The translations under genes and the position numbers were made by a program. The notes below the pieces were generated by a model, which was not told the origin of the DNA, did not search any database, and saw only the letters and a list, made by a program, of their open reading frames with translations. A stretch of DNA of 64,000 nucleotides from Escherichia phage dhaeg: the sequence record MN850609.1, one strand, 5' to 3'. This document shows, piece after piece, positions 52,992 through 62,427 of the stretch (the first letter of the stretch is position 1; each line of letters opens with the position of its first letter).

Positions 52992-54809
52992 ATGATTAAG
53001 AATGAAATTAAAGTACTGTCCGACATTGAACATATCAAAAAACGTAGTGGGATGTATATTGGCTCTAGTGCTAATGAAGCCCATGGTCGATTCCTGTTCG
53101 GTAATTTTACACAGGTGAACTATGTTCCAGGGCTAGTTAAATTAATTGATGAAATCATTGATAACTCTGTCGATGAAGCTATTCGTACTAATTTTAAATT
53201 CGCAAACAAAATTGATGTCCGAATTAAGAATAATCAGGTTTCAGTTTCTGATAATGGCCGTGGTATTCCACAAGCAATGGTTACTGACCAAAACGGTGAA
53301 CAAATTCCAGGTCCTGTAGCTGCATGGACTATTCCAAAGGCTGGTGGTAACTTTGGAGATGACGCAGAGCGTAAGACAGGTGGCATGAATGGTGTCGGTA
53401 GTAGTTTAACTAATATCTTCTCCGTTTTGTTCACAGGCATCACCTCTGATGGTGAGAATGAGATTACTGTTAACTGTTCTAACGGAATGGAAAACAAAGG
53501 TTGGACTACTAAGAAATCCAAAGATAAAGGCACTTCGGTTATATTCACTCCAGACTTTAACCATTTCGAAGAAAATAGTTTGACCCAAATTTATCTGGAT
53601 ATTACTTTAGATCGTCTTAAAACCCTAGCTGTAATTTATCCTAGTATCCAATTTACTTTTAATGGTAAAAAAGTAGATGGTAACTTTAAAAAGTATGCTA
53701 ATCAATTTGGTAAAGATGTAGTAATTCAAGAAACCGATAATGTCTCAATGGCATTTACTACATCTCCAGATGGTTTCCGTCAACTGACTTATGTAAACAA
53801 TATCCACACTAAGAATGGTGGTCACCACGTTGAATGCGTATTCGATGATATTTGTGAACACCTTCTGCCAGGCATTAAAAAGAAATATAGAGGAATTGAA
53901 GTAACAAAGGCTCGTGTTAAAGAATGCCTTACGATGGTAATGTTCATTCGTGATATGAGTAATATGCGTTTTGATTCCCAGACTAAAGAGCGTTTGACGT
54001 CACCATTCGGTGAAATTCGTAATCATATTCAAATTGATGCAAAGAAAATCTCACAGTATATTCTTAAAGACGAAGGGCTTATTATGCCTATCGTCGAAGC
54101 TGCTTTAGCACGTAAATTGGCAGCCGAAAAAGCAGCAGAAACAAAAGCCGCTAAGAAAGCTTTGAAAGCTAAGGTCCATAAGCATATTAAAGCCAATATG
54201 TACGGTAAAGATGCCGATACAACTCTGTTCTTGACTGAAGGTGATTCGGCGATGGGTCCTTTCATTGAAGTACGTAATAAAGACCTTCAAGGTGGTTATC
54301 CATTACGTGGTAAGGTTATGAATACCTGGGGTATGCCTGCAGTTGATATCATGAAGAACAAAGAATTGTTTGATATCTGTGCAATCACTGGACTGGTTAT
54401 TGGCGAACCTGCAGATAAAACTAACTATCGTAATATCGCTATTATGACCGATGCCGATGTGGATGGTACAGGCTCGATTTATCCATCATTGTTAGCCTTC
54501 TTTAGTCAATGGCCTGAATTATTCGAACAAGGCCGAGTACGATTCTGTAAAACTCCTGTAATTATTGCTCAGATTGGTAAAGAACAAGAATGGTTTTATG
54601 ATGTCCCTAGTTATACCAAAGCTAAGGACTCTCTACCAAAACATTCTATTCGTTATATCAAAGGACTAGGTTCTCTTGAGAAGGCTGAATACCGTCGAAT
54701 GATTCAAGACCCTAAATTTGATGTAGTTCAATTGCCTGAAGATTGGAAAGAACAGTTCGAAATGCTCCTCGGGAACGACCCTCAACTCCGTAAGGCCTGG
54801 ATGTCGTAA
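52992..54809 (+). CDS. 39: DNA topoisomerase II large subunit (gp39 with gp60-equivalent C-terminus as a single ORF)
   Basis: 605 aa; GHKL ATPase and Toprim motifs; N-terminus MIKNEIK.LSDIEHIKKRSGMYIGS as recalled for T4 gp39; continuous frame. Confidence 0.9.
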   Translation: MIKNEIKVLSDIEHIKKRSGMYIGSSANEAHGRFLFGNFTQVNYVPGLVKLIDEIIDNSVDEAIRTNFKFANKIDVRIKNNQVSVSDNGRGIPQAMVTDQNGEQIPGPVAAWTIPKAGGNFGDDAERKTGGMNGVGSSLTNIFSVLFTGITSDGENEITVNCSNGMENKGWTTKKSKDKGTSVIFTPDFNHFEENSLTQIYLDITLDRLKTLAVIYPSIQFTFNGKKVDGNFKKYANQFGKDVVIQETDNVSMAFTTSPDGFRQLTYVNNIHTKNGGHHVECVFDDICEHLLPGIKKKYRGIEVTKARVKECLTMVMFIRDMSNMRFDSQTKERLTSPFGEIRNHIQIDAKKISQYILKDEGLIMPIVEAALARKLAAEKAAETKAAKKALKAKVHKHIKANMYGKDADTTLFLTEGDSAMGPFIEVRNKDLQGGYPLRGKVMNTWGMPAVDIMKNKELFDICAITGLVIGEPADKTNYRNIAIMTDADVDGTGSIYPSLLAFFSQWPELFEQGRVRFCKTPVIIAQIGKEQEWFYDVPSYTKAKDSLPKHSIRYIKGLGSLEKAEYRRMIQDPKFDVVQLPEDWKEQFEMLLGNDPQLRKAWMS

Positions 54810-54852
54810 TAAATATGTATGGTACATGAGTGCCATACAATTAGGAGACTTT

Positions 54853-55005
54853 ATGAGAAAGTACTGGATAACGCTAGCCACCGGTGAATTTGGATACCTC
54901 TGGGCCGAGAAGAGACCTTTGTTCGCAGAGTATGTGACCATTATGGTAGAAACCTGGGAAGGCGAATTTTATCAAGTTCGAGGTCAAGTCTACAAAATTG
55001 AATAA
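54853..55005 (+). CDS. hypothetical small protein (unlisted ORF)
   Basis: 50 codons read by hand; AGGAGA RBS. Confidence 0.35.
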   Translation: MRKYWITLATGEFGYLWAEKRPLFAEYVTIMVETWEGEFYQVRGQVYKIE

Positions 55006-55009
55006 TTAA

Positions 55010-55027
55010 GGGCCTACGGGCCCTTTT
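55010..55027 (+). terminator. terminator-like hairpin (GGGCC-TACG-GGCCC + T4)
   Basis: GC-rich stem plus short T-tract. Confidence 0.55.
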
Positions 55028-55031
55028 CGGG

Positions 55032-55061
55032 GTTTACAACGGATTAAAAGTGTGATATGAT
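55032..55061 (+). promoter_or_regulatory. early promoter (GTTTAC, weak -10)
   Basis: GTTTAC, about 17 bp, GATATGA. Confidence 0.4.
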
Positions 55062-55079
55062 TCTCTAAGAGGTGAGAAT

Positions 55080-55403
55080 ATGATTATGCAAGATAACAGT
55101 ATAGTGAACACTGATAACTTGGCTTTATCCTTTATGGAAACCGCTATTCGTAACTGTAAAGATGAAGGAGTAGTGATTACAAGCGGTAAGGGGCTAGAAT
55201 ATCTTAAGGCTGTAAAATCTATTGCCTTAAAGATTAAAGATAACCAGGCGCTCTCTCCTGTTGTCCAGGAAAAGGTTCTGGAGATATTGTATCGCCACAG
55301 AGAGCACAAAAGTACAATGGGTTCTATGAGAAGAATTCTGGCCGAACTAGGTTCTACCAGAGAATATGTTCAACATGAGGTAGTTAAAAATGACAAACTT
55401 TAA
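55080..55403 (+). CDS. hypothetical protein
   Basis: 107 aa; GAGGTGAGAA RBS. Confidence 0.45.
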   Translation: MIMQDNSIVNTDNLALSFMETAIRNCKDEGVVITSGKGLEYLKAVKSIALKIKDNQALSPVVQEKVLEILYRHREHKSTMGSMRRILAELGSTREYVQHEVVKNDKL

Positions 55404-55593
55404 AGTCAACATTGATTTGTTCGATAAAGCTGTCCACAAAGAATTCCGGCTAATCCAGAGATTTTTTGATATCAATGCAGCCGAAGATTTTAAAGAACGC
55501 TTTAAGGAAATACGGTATAAAATACTCAACGACATCGCTACTAAGGAAGAGCTCCTTGAAGTAGCAGATATTTTTAAACGTAACCTGAATTGA
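55390..55593 (+). CDS. hypothetical protein
   Basis: 67-aa ORF. Confidence 0.4.
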   Translation: MTNFKVNIDLFDKAVHKEFRLIQRFFDINAAEDFKERFKEIRYKILNDIATKEELLEVADIFKRNLN

Positions 55594-55600
55594 GAAAAAT

Positions 55601-57811
55601 ATGATTATTGAAACCGAAAAAGAACAAATCATTGGTAATGGTGCTAAGTCCACAGGATTTACTATCCAGGCCTCGCCTAAGGTCTTTAAAATTCTTTCAT
55701 CAGACCTTTATAGTAATAAGGTGCGTGCTGTAGTTCGTGAACTAATTACCAACATGATTGATGCTCATATTCTGAACGGTAATAAAGAACGTTGGAAAGT
55801 GCAGGTTCCTGGTAAGCTAGACCCGCGTTTCGTATGTCGTGATTTCGGGCCGGGTATGAGTGATTTCCAGATTCGTGGTGATGAAAACGAAACGGGTTTG
55901 TATAACTCTTATTTCGCATCATCTAAAACTGCTTCTAACGATTTCATTGGTGGATTTGGACTTGGTTCTAAATCCCCGTTCAGTTATACAGAAACGTTTA
56001 ATATTACATCCTGGCATAATGGTGAAGTTCGCGGTTATGTAGCTTATATGGATGGTGACGGGCCGCAGATTAAACCCACATTCGTTGAACCGATGCAACC
56101 AGGCGACAAAACAGGTATCGAAATCACGGTTCCTGTCGACGAAGAAGATTTCCGTAAGTTTGAAACCGAAGTTCGTTATATCATGCGACCGTTCATTGGG
56201 CTTGGCGATGTTGATGGGGCCGAAGTTGATTATTTCCCTGAATTTGATGACTACTATGCTGTAACCGATACTGGTTACGGTGATTTTGAACGTTCAGGAC
56301 TTTATGCCGTTTATGGTGGTATTGTTTATCCATTGGATTCGGCTTATATTAAAGGCACATGGATGCGTACTCGCCATGATGTAGTTTATATTAAGTTCCC
56401 TATGGGTTCGTTAGATATTGCTCCATCTCGTGAAGTGTTGTCTCTTGATAAACGCACAATGGAAAATATTGCAACTCGTATCGAAGCCTTGGATGCCTTG
56501 GTCTTTAAAAACGATACACAGGAATGGGTTGAATCTGATAATCCACGTCATGTTTATCGTGACCTTTCTAACCTAGGTTATAGTGCTCGCGACTATCTTT
56601 CTAAAAGAGGCGTTACTAAAGAGTTCACAACTGAAAAATTAACATACGAGAAATTGTACCAACGTTATACACTTCAAAACGACCTTATTAATTTGGGTGT
56701 TGTTTACGAAGTTTGTATGGACCCACGTTTGAAACGAATTAAGCCGAGTGGTAATACTTCTTCGGTAGCAGGACTTAGTGGTTTATTAGGCATTAATAAT
56801 AAAGAAATCCATATTGTTTATGATGATGAAAAGGGTCGTGTGCCATTAGTTCGAGGACTTTGGGCTTTAGCAATGGACAATAGTGCTTCGGCTAAGAAAA
56901 TTGTTAAAGAGAACAATATTCCTAAATACAGAACAGACCTTATTTTCGTTGACCCGAATTCAATGTTGCAAATGCAACAACTTGAAAAGGTTAAAGAACT
57001 TTTTAAAGGCGATACAATTCATTTTTATAAAGTCTCTGAACTGAATAAAATTGTTAAACCATGGATTCCGGTTACTGTTCGTTCATCCGAACCTCGTCCT
57101 AAAACACCAAGTGCTTATCGTTGGTTCATTAAAGATGGGCGTTGGCAACAAGAGACCTTATACTTAACTGCTGCAGAAGCAGAAGAAATTACAGGGTACG
57201 TATTGTTTGGTAGTCGTTCTGATATCATGGGAATGGACGAAGCTTATGGTATCTTTGACATCAACACCACTACCATGTGCCGTATGGCTAATTTGATTGG
57301 TGCTACCGAATTCCATATCATTCGCCCTCAGATTGCCAAAAAGATTAAAAAGTTAGGCCAATGTGAATGCTTGATGGAAACCACATTAGAAGCTTATGCC
57401 GAAGCACTAGATGCTGTAGATATTGATGAATATATTGGTAGTAATACCCGTGCAAGGTATTATCTTGAAATCATTGCTAAGTTCCCTGAGCTTGGTTTTA
57501 TGACTAAATATTTCAGTGATAAGCCGGTGTCTGAAGCATATACTCGTCTGAGCAATTTCTATGATATATTCCGTTATATGAATTTCCATGGGTATATCAC
57601 TGATGACAAACTTTCTGTTATCAAGAAAATCTGTAACACGACGTTCAATACGTTAACCAATAATGCTTCAAGTAACAATGATAAAATGACTGTACAGTTT
57701 GAATCTGATTATCATTTAGTTTCGGACTACATGTATCGCCGTGGAACATCCATTACCGAGGCTTCTGTAGCTCAAATCGTTAAATTCATGAAAGCCGTGG
57801 AAGCGGCTTAA
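55601..57811 (+). CDS. rIIA: rIIA protein
   Basis: 736 aa; strong N-terminal similarity recalled to T4 rIIA (GHKL-like ATPase region). Confidence 0.9.
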   Translation: MIIETEKEQIIGNGAKSTGFTIQASPKVFKILSSDLYSNKVRAVVRELITNMIDAHILNGNKERWKVQVPGKLDPRFVCRDFGPGMSDFQIRGDENETGLYNSYFASSKTASNDFIGGFGLGSKSPFSYTETFNITSWHNGEVRGYVAYMDGDGPQIKPTFVEPMQPGDKTGIEITVPVDEEDFRKFETEVRYIMRPFIGLGDVDGAEVDYFPEFDDYYAVTDTGYGDFERSGLYAVYGGIVYPLDSAYIKGTWMRTRHDVVYIKFPMGSLDIAPSREVLSLDKRTMENIATRIEALDALVFKNDTQEWVESDNPRHVYRDLSNLGYSARDYLSKRGVTKEFTTEKLTYEKLYQRYTLQNDLINLGVVYEVCMDPRLKRIKPSGNTSSVAGLSGLLGINNKEIHIVYDDEKGRVPLVRGLWALAMDNSASAKKIVKENNIPKYRTDLIFVDPNSMLQMQQLEKVKELFKGDTIHFYKVSELNKIVKPWIPVTVRSSEPRPKTPSAYRWFIKDGRWQQETLYLTAAEAEEITGYVLFGSRSDIMGMDEAYGIFDINTTTMCRMANLIGATEFHIIRPQIAKKIKKLGQCECLMETTLEAYAEALDAVDIDEYIGSNTRARYYLEIIAKFPELGFMTKYFSDKPVSEAYTRLSNFYDIFRYMNFHGYITDDKLSVIKKICNTTFNTLTNNASSNNDKMTVQFESDYHLVSDYMYRRGTSITEASVAQIVKFMKAVEAA

Positions 57812-57825
57812 TCTAAGGAAATATT

Positions 57826-58794
57826 ATGTACAATATTAAGTGTCTGTCTAAATCCGAACAAGCCGATATCGTTGACCTTTATGCCACAGGTAATTATACT
57901 CAACAGGAACTAGCCGATTGGCATAGTGTTTCGGTTGACACCATCCGTAAAGTCCTGAAAAATGCTGAAGAAGCTAAACGTTCTCAAGTGGTTATTACCG
58001 GAAATATCAAAGTAACGGTTCCTAACGAACCTCGATTTGTTCCGGTGGATATTACTATCGGCGGTTCTCGTCCAGAAATTATCTGGAACGCCAGTTCTAA
58101 ATTCGTATCCATCACTGAAGGTCGTACAGTATGGAACACTACTAATAAGAACAAACATTTTGATGCCATCGTACAGGCTCTTAAAGAATCCCGTTTTGAT
58201 GATGCGATTAAACTGATTTCCATTAAAGAAGCTGTCAAGGCTTTCGTTAAAGGTAACGTTCGTATTGAAGGTGGACGTCTGGTTTATCAAGGTATTGAAT
58301 TACGTTCAGGGTTGATTGACCGTATTATCACCTCAATGGAAAATGGCGAAGATTTTGAATTCTACCTGCCGTTCCTTGAGAATCTGTTAGAAAACCCAAG
58401 CGAAAAAGCCGTACAGCGTCTGTTCGACTTCCTGGTCGCGAACGATATCAAAATCACTGAAGACGGCCATTTTATCACATGGAAAGTTGTTAACTCCGAT
58501 TACACCGACTGCCGTACCGGTACGTTTGATAACTCGCCAGGTAAGCCAGTTAAAATGCCTCGTTCGCGTGTAAATGATGACGACGAAGTAACTTGTTCAA
58601 CGGGTCTGCATGTTTGCTCTCGTAGCTATATCGGTCATTTTGGTAACTCTAACTGTAAAGTAGTTTCATGTAAAGTTAACCCACGTGATGTTGTTAGTAT
58701 CCCGGTCGATTACGGTGATGCTAAAATGCGTGTATGTTATTATGAAGTTCTGGAAGACGTCACTGAACAGTTCGCAAACGAATACAAATACTAA
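57826..58794 (+). CDS. rIIB: rIIB protein
   Basis: 322 aa; position and size match rIIB. Confidence 0.75.
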   Translation: MYNIKCLSKSEQADIVDLYATGNYTQQELADWHSVSVDTIRKVLKNAEEAKRSQVVITGNIKVTVPNEPRFVPVDITIGGSRPEIIWNASSKFVSITEGRTVWNTTNKNKHFDAIVQALKESRFDDAIKLISIKEAVKAFVKGNVRIEGGRLVYQGIELRSGLIDRIITSMENGEDFEFYLPFLENLLENPSEKAVQRLFDFLVANDIKITEDGHFITWKVVNSDYTDCRTGTFDNSPGKPVKMPRSRVNDDDEVTCSTGLHVCSRSYIGHFGNSNCKVVSCKVNPRDVVSIPVDYGDAKMRVCYYEVLEDVTEQFANEYKY

Positions 58795-58804
58795 ATTAAT
58801 AAAT

Positions 58805-58820
58805 GGAGGCTTCGGCCTCC
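58805..58820 (+). other. GC-rich UUCG stem-loop without T-tract directly abutting next RBS
   Basis: GGAGGC-TTCG-GCCTCC followed by TAATGAGGAATTATG. Confidence 0.5.
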
Positions 58821-58832
58821 TAATGAGGAATT

Positions 58833-59030
58833 ATGTTAGGTTTCCAAGCACGTGTAATTGAAGAATACGACCAACTGGTCTTGAAAATTAATGCTCTCGA
58901 AGAGTTTATTAAAGGTGGTGTTTTTGAAACTCTTGATATCCGTCAACAAGGGTTACTGATTGCACAACTGGATGCGATGGGTGCATATGCGCATTGTTTA
59001 GAGGTTCGTATTTCTTATTTCGGTGAGTAA
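58833..59030 (+). CDS. hypothetical protein
   Basis: 65-aa ORF. Confidence 0.45.
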   Translation: MLGFQARVIEEYDQLVLKINALEEFIKGGVFETLDIRQQGLLIAQLDAMGAYAHCLEVRISYFGE

Positions 59031-59331
59031 AATGATTAATTACCTAAATGTCGGTGAACGTGATATCAAGATTTCTAATTTGCGTGGGTTCCATCGAGCA
59101 GGTACTGTTTATTGTGCTAAGCTAGTTAAACATCCTGGCGATGTCCATTACGCTTTTCTAGAATGCGATGAGGTGGTCGAAGGTGAATTTCCTTTAATTG
59201 ATTCCGATATTTTAGAACCAAACGACCGGATTTATTATGGCGAACTTCATATTCGAGGCATTTATGGTGAAGACGAACCCGGGGTTACTCCGATTGGCAG
59301 CGATGCCGACATTTACCCTGAAGACATCTGA
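59023..59331 (+). CDS. hypothetical acidic protein
   Basis: 102-aa ORF. Confidence 0.45.
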   Translation: MSKMINYLNVGERDIKISNLRGFHRAGTVYCAKLVKHPGDVHYAFLECDEVVEGEFPLIDSDILEPNDRIYYGELHIRGIYGEDEPGVTPIGSDADIYPEDI

Positions 59332-59344
59332 TTTAACGGGTGAA

Positions 59345-59821
59345 ATGAAGGTCAAGATTAAGGATACAGTATTGTATTCCTTAAGCCAAGACCCATCCCA
59401 AGATAAGAAAGAAGTATTGACTAGGTGTGTTATTGCAACGTATGCAGAGTACATGGTTGCTGATTGGTTGAAAGGATACGTCAACAGTGGTCTGGAAGAC
59501 CATGACGACCCTTATACCTACGCCTGGGATGTTTTAGCCCATCCTATGTACTGTGGACTACGTGTAGAGGTCAAGACCCACCAATCTGATTCTAAGTGGA
59601 TTTCCTGCACTACAGGATACTCAGGTGACTTCCCTTATGGAACAGGGATAAACCTGGGACCGCTCTTGAATCATAAAGTTGCAGATTGTATAATTATATT
59701 CGACACTTCAGTAAATGAGGCAGGCGACGTCCTGTTCACTCCTAAGTTCTCTGGTGACAGAGAATCCATCAAAAAGCTAGTCCGTAAGAGTAATTACAAC
59801 GGCTGGTATCTCGCCTTATAA
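59345..59821 (+). CDS. hypothetical protein
   Basis: internal ATG of ORF 59237-59821 just after upstream stop. Confidence 0.4.
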   Translation: MKVKIKDTVLYSLSQDPSQDKKEVLTRCVIATYAEYMVADWLKGYVNSGLEDHDDPYTYAWDVLAHPMYCGLRVEVKTHQSDSKWISCTTGYSGDFPYGTGINLGPLLNHKVADCIIIFDTSVNEAGDVLFTPKFSGDRESIKKLVRKSNYNGWYLAL

Positions 59822-59835
59822 TTTTTAAAATAAGT

Positions 59836-59865
59836 GTTTACATACACCATGGATGGTGTTACTAT
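59836..59865 (+). promoter_or_regulatory. early promoter (GTTTAC / TACTAT) with internal palindrome ACACCATGGATGGTGT in spacer
   Basis: GTTTAC, 18 bp, TACTAT. Confidence 0.55.
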
Positions 59866-59893
59866 CTTCCTATCAACTAATGAGGAGAACAAA

Positions 59894-60160
59894 ATGGATA
59901 TCAAATTATATTACGCTAAACACAAAGTTACGGGTATGGTTGTTGCCGCTATGTATGATGCATCAGGTGAAGGTGATAATGTTACTACAGAGTTATCTCT
60001 TTCTGAATGTAAATTTCTTCGCCCGTTGATTGCATCAAAGGAAGATTTAAAAAAGCTTATTGATGGCAAGCTGGATAATGTTGATGGTATAGATATTCTT
60101 TATGACCTCCGCACTGCATTGCACCGTGGTTTGATTGAGATAAAAGAGGTTGTGTTTTGA
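59894..60160 (+). CDS. hypothetical protein
   Basis: ATG after promoter and GAGGAG RBS in ORF 59834-60160. Confidence 0.45.
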   Translation: MDIKLYYAKHKVTGMVVAAMYDASGEGDNVTTELSLSECKFLRPLIASKEDLKKLIDGKLDNVDGIDILYDLRTALHRGLIEIKEVVF

Positions 60161-60250
60161 GTAGCAAAACCTGGGGCTTTATTTGGATGACTTGTATTCC
60201 AATTATTTGTATATGCTTTAGTTTATTGTTGTGGAAATTAGCATAAATCA

Positions 60251-60280
60251 GTTTACATCTCAGATTTAGCATGTTATAGT
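60251..60280 (+). promoter_or_regulatory. early promoter (GTTTAC / TATAGT)
   Basis: GTTTAC, 18 bp, TATAGT. Confidence 0.55.
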
Positions 60281-60311
60281 ACTCATACACCAACAAACAA
60301 GGAACCCGAAA

Positions 60312-60503
60312 ATGATCCCAGTAACTATTATGATTTGGTTTGAACTTAACGGCGAACCACGTTATCGCGATTTAGAAACAAGGTTGTATGCTTTTGATGT
60401 TCAAGAAACTGCGGAGTTCTACGCATCCAGCCAGGTTAAAGGTCGGTGCAAAATCTTTGACAACCGCTCTAACCTTGAAATTGGGAGCGCAGGGTTTGAG
60501 TAG
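60312..60503 (+). CDS. hypothetical protein
   Basis: 63-aa ORF. Confidence 0.4.
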   Translation: MIPVTIMIWFELNGEPRYRDLETRLYAFDVQETAEFYASSQVKGRCKIFDNRSNLEIGSAGFE

Positions 60504-60558
60504 GTTCTGGCGCTTAATATGAGTGATATTATTTCCAGTAATAATGATAACAATCAAT

Positions 60559-60587
60559 GTTTACATCTCCATTAGACATGATATTAT
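60559..60587 (+). promoter_or_regulatory. early promoter (GTTTAC / TATTAT) with perfect spacer/SD inverted repeat CTCCATTAG/CTAATGGAG
   Basis: GTTTAC, 17 bp, TATTAT, AGACCTATCAACT. Confidence 0.65.
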
Positions 60588-60613
60588 AGACCTATCAACT
60601 AATGGAGATGATT

Positions 60614-60724
60614 ATGAAAAACTTACTTAAAGCAATTTGGAACATGTTTGTGTTATTGGTTGTATTGAGCATTTTCCCAATAGTTTTTATGATTGACCAT
60701 GTACGTGTATTCTTTAACTTCTGA
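60614..60724 (+). CDS. small membrane peptide (unlisted ORF)
   Basis: 36 codons read by hand; GGAG RBS. Confidence 0.35.
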   Translation: MKNLLKAIWNMFVLLVVLSIFPIVFMIDHVRVFFNF

Positions 60725-60734
60725 GGAAAATATT

Positions 60735-60980
60735 ATGAAACTTTTTAAAGATATCGCAGTTGGTGAAAAATTTGTCTTAGGTAATGGTCAACAATTGATT
60801 CGTATTTCTCCTTTAATGGATAATAGCGAGCGGCCTATTCGTACTGAAAACTGTTTGGATTATCCTTTTTATCAAAAGCGTTTTGCTATTGAAAATAATA
60901 CTGAGTGCTTCACAGTTGATGAACTGATGGAATCATCAGAAGAAGTTGACCTGTGGGATGGCGCAGTTGACCCTGAATAA
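60735..60980 (+). CDS. hypothetical protein
   Basis: internal ATG with CTGAGGAAAA RBS in ORF 60693-60980. Confidence 0.45.
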   Translation: MKLFKDIAVGEKFVLGNGQQLIRISPLMDNSERPIRTENCLDYPFYQKRFAIENNTECFTVDELMESSEEVDLWDGAVDPE

Positions 60981-60994
60981 TTGAGGAAATTATC

Positions 60995-61339
60995 ATGTCT
61001 AAAATCTTTTTTGGTAATGCTAAGGTAATGTTCTTTAAACAACTCAGCCTTCAGGATGCATCGGTGGCATTCAATCAAAGTATGATTCCCGGCGTACATT
61101 CAAAGATTATGACGAGTGCTGATTTCGTTTTCGTTCAAGACCCGGAAACAGGCTTTTATCGGTTCATTAAATTTCGTATGAGTATGGACCCTGGTTATCA
61201 TAGTGCTTACTACGTGAGTTATGAAAACGTTATCAAAGAACTACGTGATACTTACGGACAGGCTTTGAACCCACTGAACAAGGTTTATAATGCTCCCTTT
61301 TATACTAGCGGATTTATTTTAGAACAGCTACAAAAATAG
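60995..61339 (+). CDS. hypothetical protein
   Basis: 114 aa; GAGGAAATTATC RBS. Confidence 0.5.
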   Translation: MSKIFFGNAKVMFFKQLSLQDASVAFNQSMIPGVHSKIMTSADFVFVQDPETGFYRFIKFRMSMDPGYHSAYYVSYENVIKELRDTYGQALNPLNKVYNAPFYTSGFILEQLQK

Positions 61340-61367
61340 TTTACAACCTCGAGAATCATGTTATAAT
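61339..61367 (+). promoter_or_regulatory. early promoter (GTTTAC / TATAAT) with inverted repeat CGAGAATCAT/ATGGTTCTCG bracketing the -10
   Basis: GTTTAC, 17 bp, TATAAT; 10-bp repeat with one G-U-compatible mismatch. Confidence 0.6.
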
Positions 61368-61416
61368 GGTTCTCGTTGACTGGATAACAAAACATTAATC
61401 TACTGAGGAAATTGAT

Positions 61417-61866
61417 ATGAATACTTATATGACTCGTCGTAACGTTCTGTCTGCCGGTGCTACTACTGTTGCTTATGTTAAGAATGGCGAATACCAAAAT
61501 GGTAAGCCTTCTAAAGAAATCTCAGCCCAGCCAGGGTTCTACTTCTTTGTTAAAGGTGAAGCAGATTCTCGCGTCGTAGCTGCACGCTTTTATGTCGGCA
61601 ACCAACGTTCAGCTCAAGGTCTTGATGGTATCGTGGCTAACATTCGTAAGAAACGTTCACAATCAGCTCGCACTATGGCAGTGAATGGTGTTGTGTATGA
61701 AGTTCTTTATGTACCAGCTTCTAAAATGAAACCTCTGACTACAGGTTTTGGTAAGGGTCAAATTGCAATGGCTTTTACTCGCAACCATAGTTCCGACCTT
61801 CAGACACTGGAAGAAATGAACCGCATGTTGGCTGATAACTTTAAATTCGTTCTACAGAGTTATTAA
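61417..61866 (+). CDS. hypothetical protein
   Basis: 149 aa; conserved TIR ACTGAGGAAATTGATATG. Confidence 0.5.
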   Translation: MNTYMTRRNVLSAGATTVAYVKNGEYQNGKPSKEISAQPGFYFFVKGEADSRVVAARFYVGNQRSAQGLDGIVANIRKKRSQSARTMAVNGVVYEVLYVPASKMKPLTTGFGKGQIAMAFTRNHSSDLQTLEEMNRMLADNFKFVLQSY

Positions 61867-61867
61867 T

Positions 61868-62041
61868 ATGAGAACGTTCTTTGTAATGGGTTATCTATTT
61901 GTTTTAGCTTTATTAGTAGTTACCGGAGCCTTTATGGCTTTCGGTATGCCCTTTAATGATAAAGTTGCCGTCATGATGTGTTTATGTGGTGGTTATATCT
62001 GTTTTGAATGTTTATGCAAAATGTGTGGTATCTATGAGTAA
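61868..62041 (+). CDS. small Cys-rich membrane peptide (unlisted ORF)
   Basis: 57 codons read by hand. Confidence 0.3.
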
Positions 62042-62093
62042 TTTCCATAACGAACATGTGATGCAGTTCTATCGTAACAATCTTAAAACTAAA

Positions 62094-62108
62094 GGCGTCT
62101 TCGGACGC
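62094..62108 (+). other. UUCG stem-loop without T-tract abutting next RBS
   Basis: GGCGTC-TTCG-GACGC followed by TAATGAGGAAAATATG. Confidence 0.45.
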
Positions 62109-62121
62109 TAATGAGGAAAAT

Positions 62122-62286
62122 ATGGAACCGGTATTTAGATTCATTTATATGATTGCTGTAATGATATTGGTAATTCTTTTCGTCGCCGGTATTTTCGTTC
62201 CGCCTGTATGGTTTGCTTATTTCTTATGCGGATGGTTTACAATCGACGCTTTTGTTAAATTCATGGCTTCGTTGGTAGAAAAATGA
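62122..62286 (+). CDS. small membrane peptide (unlisted ORF)
   Basis: 54 codons read by hand; GAGGAAAA RBS. Confidence 0.35.
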   Translation: MEPVFRFIYMIAVMILVILFVAGIFVPPVWFAYFLCGWFTIDAFVKFMASLVEK

Positions 62287-62423
62287 TTAAGAAAATCTTG
62301 GGCTACTCTGTAGCCCTTGCTGCTTTATTAGTAGCGCTGTATTATGGAGTAATATTCGGTCTTATCCAAGTTGTGCTTTTTATTTCCGATGTTATTATGG
62401 TTATTCATTCACTAGTATGGTAA
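62283..62423 (+). CDS. small membrane peptide (unlisted ORF)
   Basis: 46 codons read by hand; ATGA overlap. Confidence 0.3.
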   Translation: MIKKILGYSVALAALLVALYYGVIFGLIQVVLFISDVIMVIHSLVW

Positions 62424-62427
62424 AATT

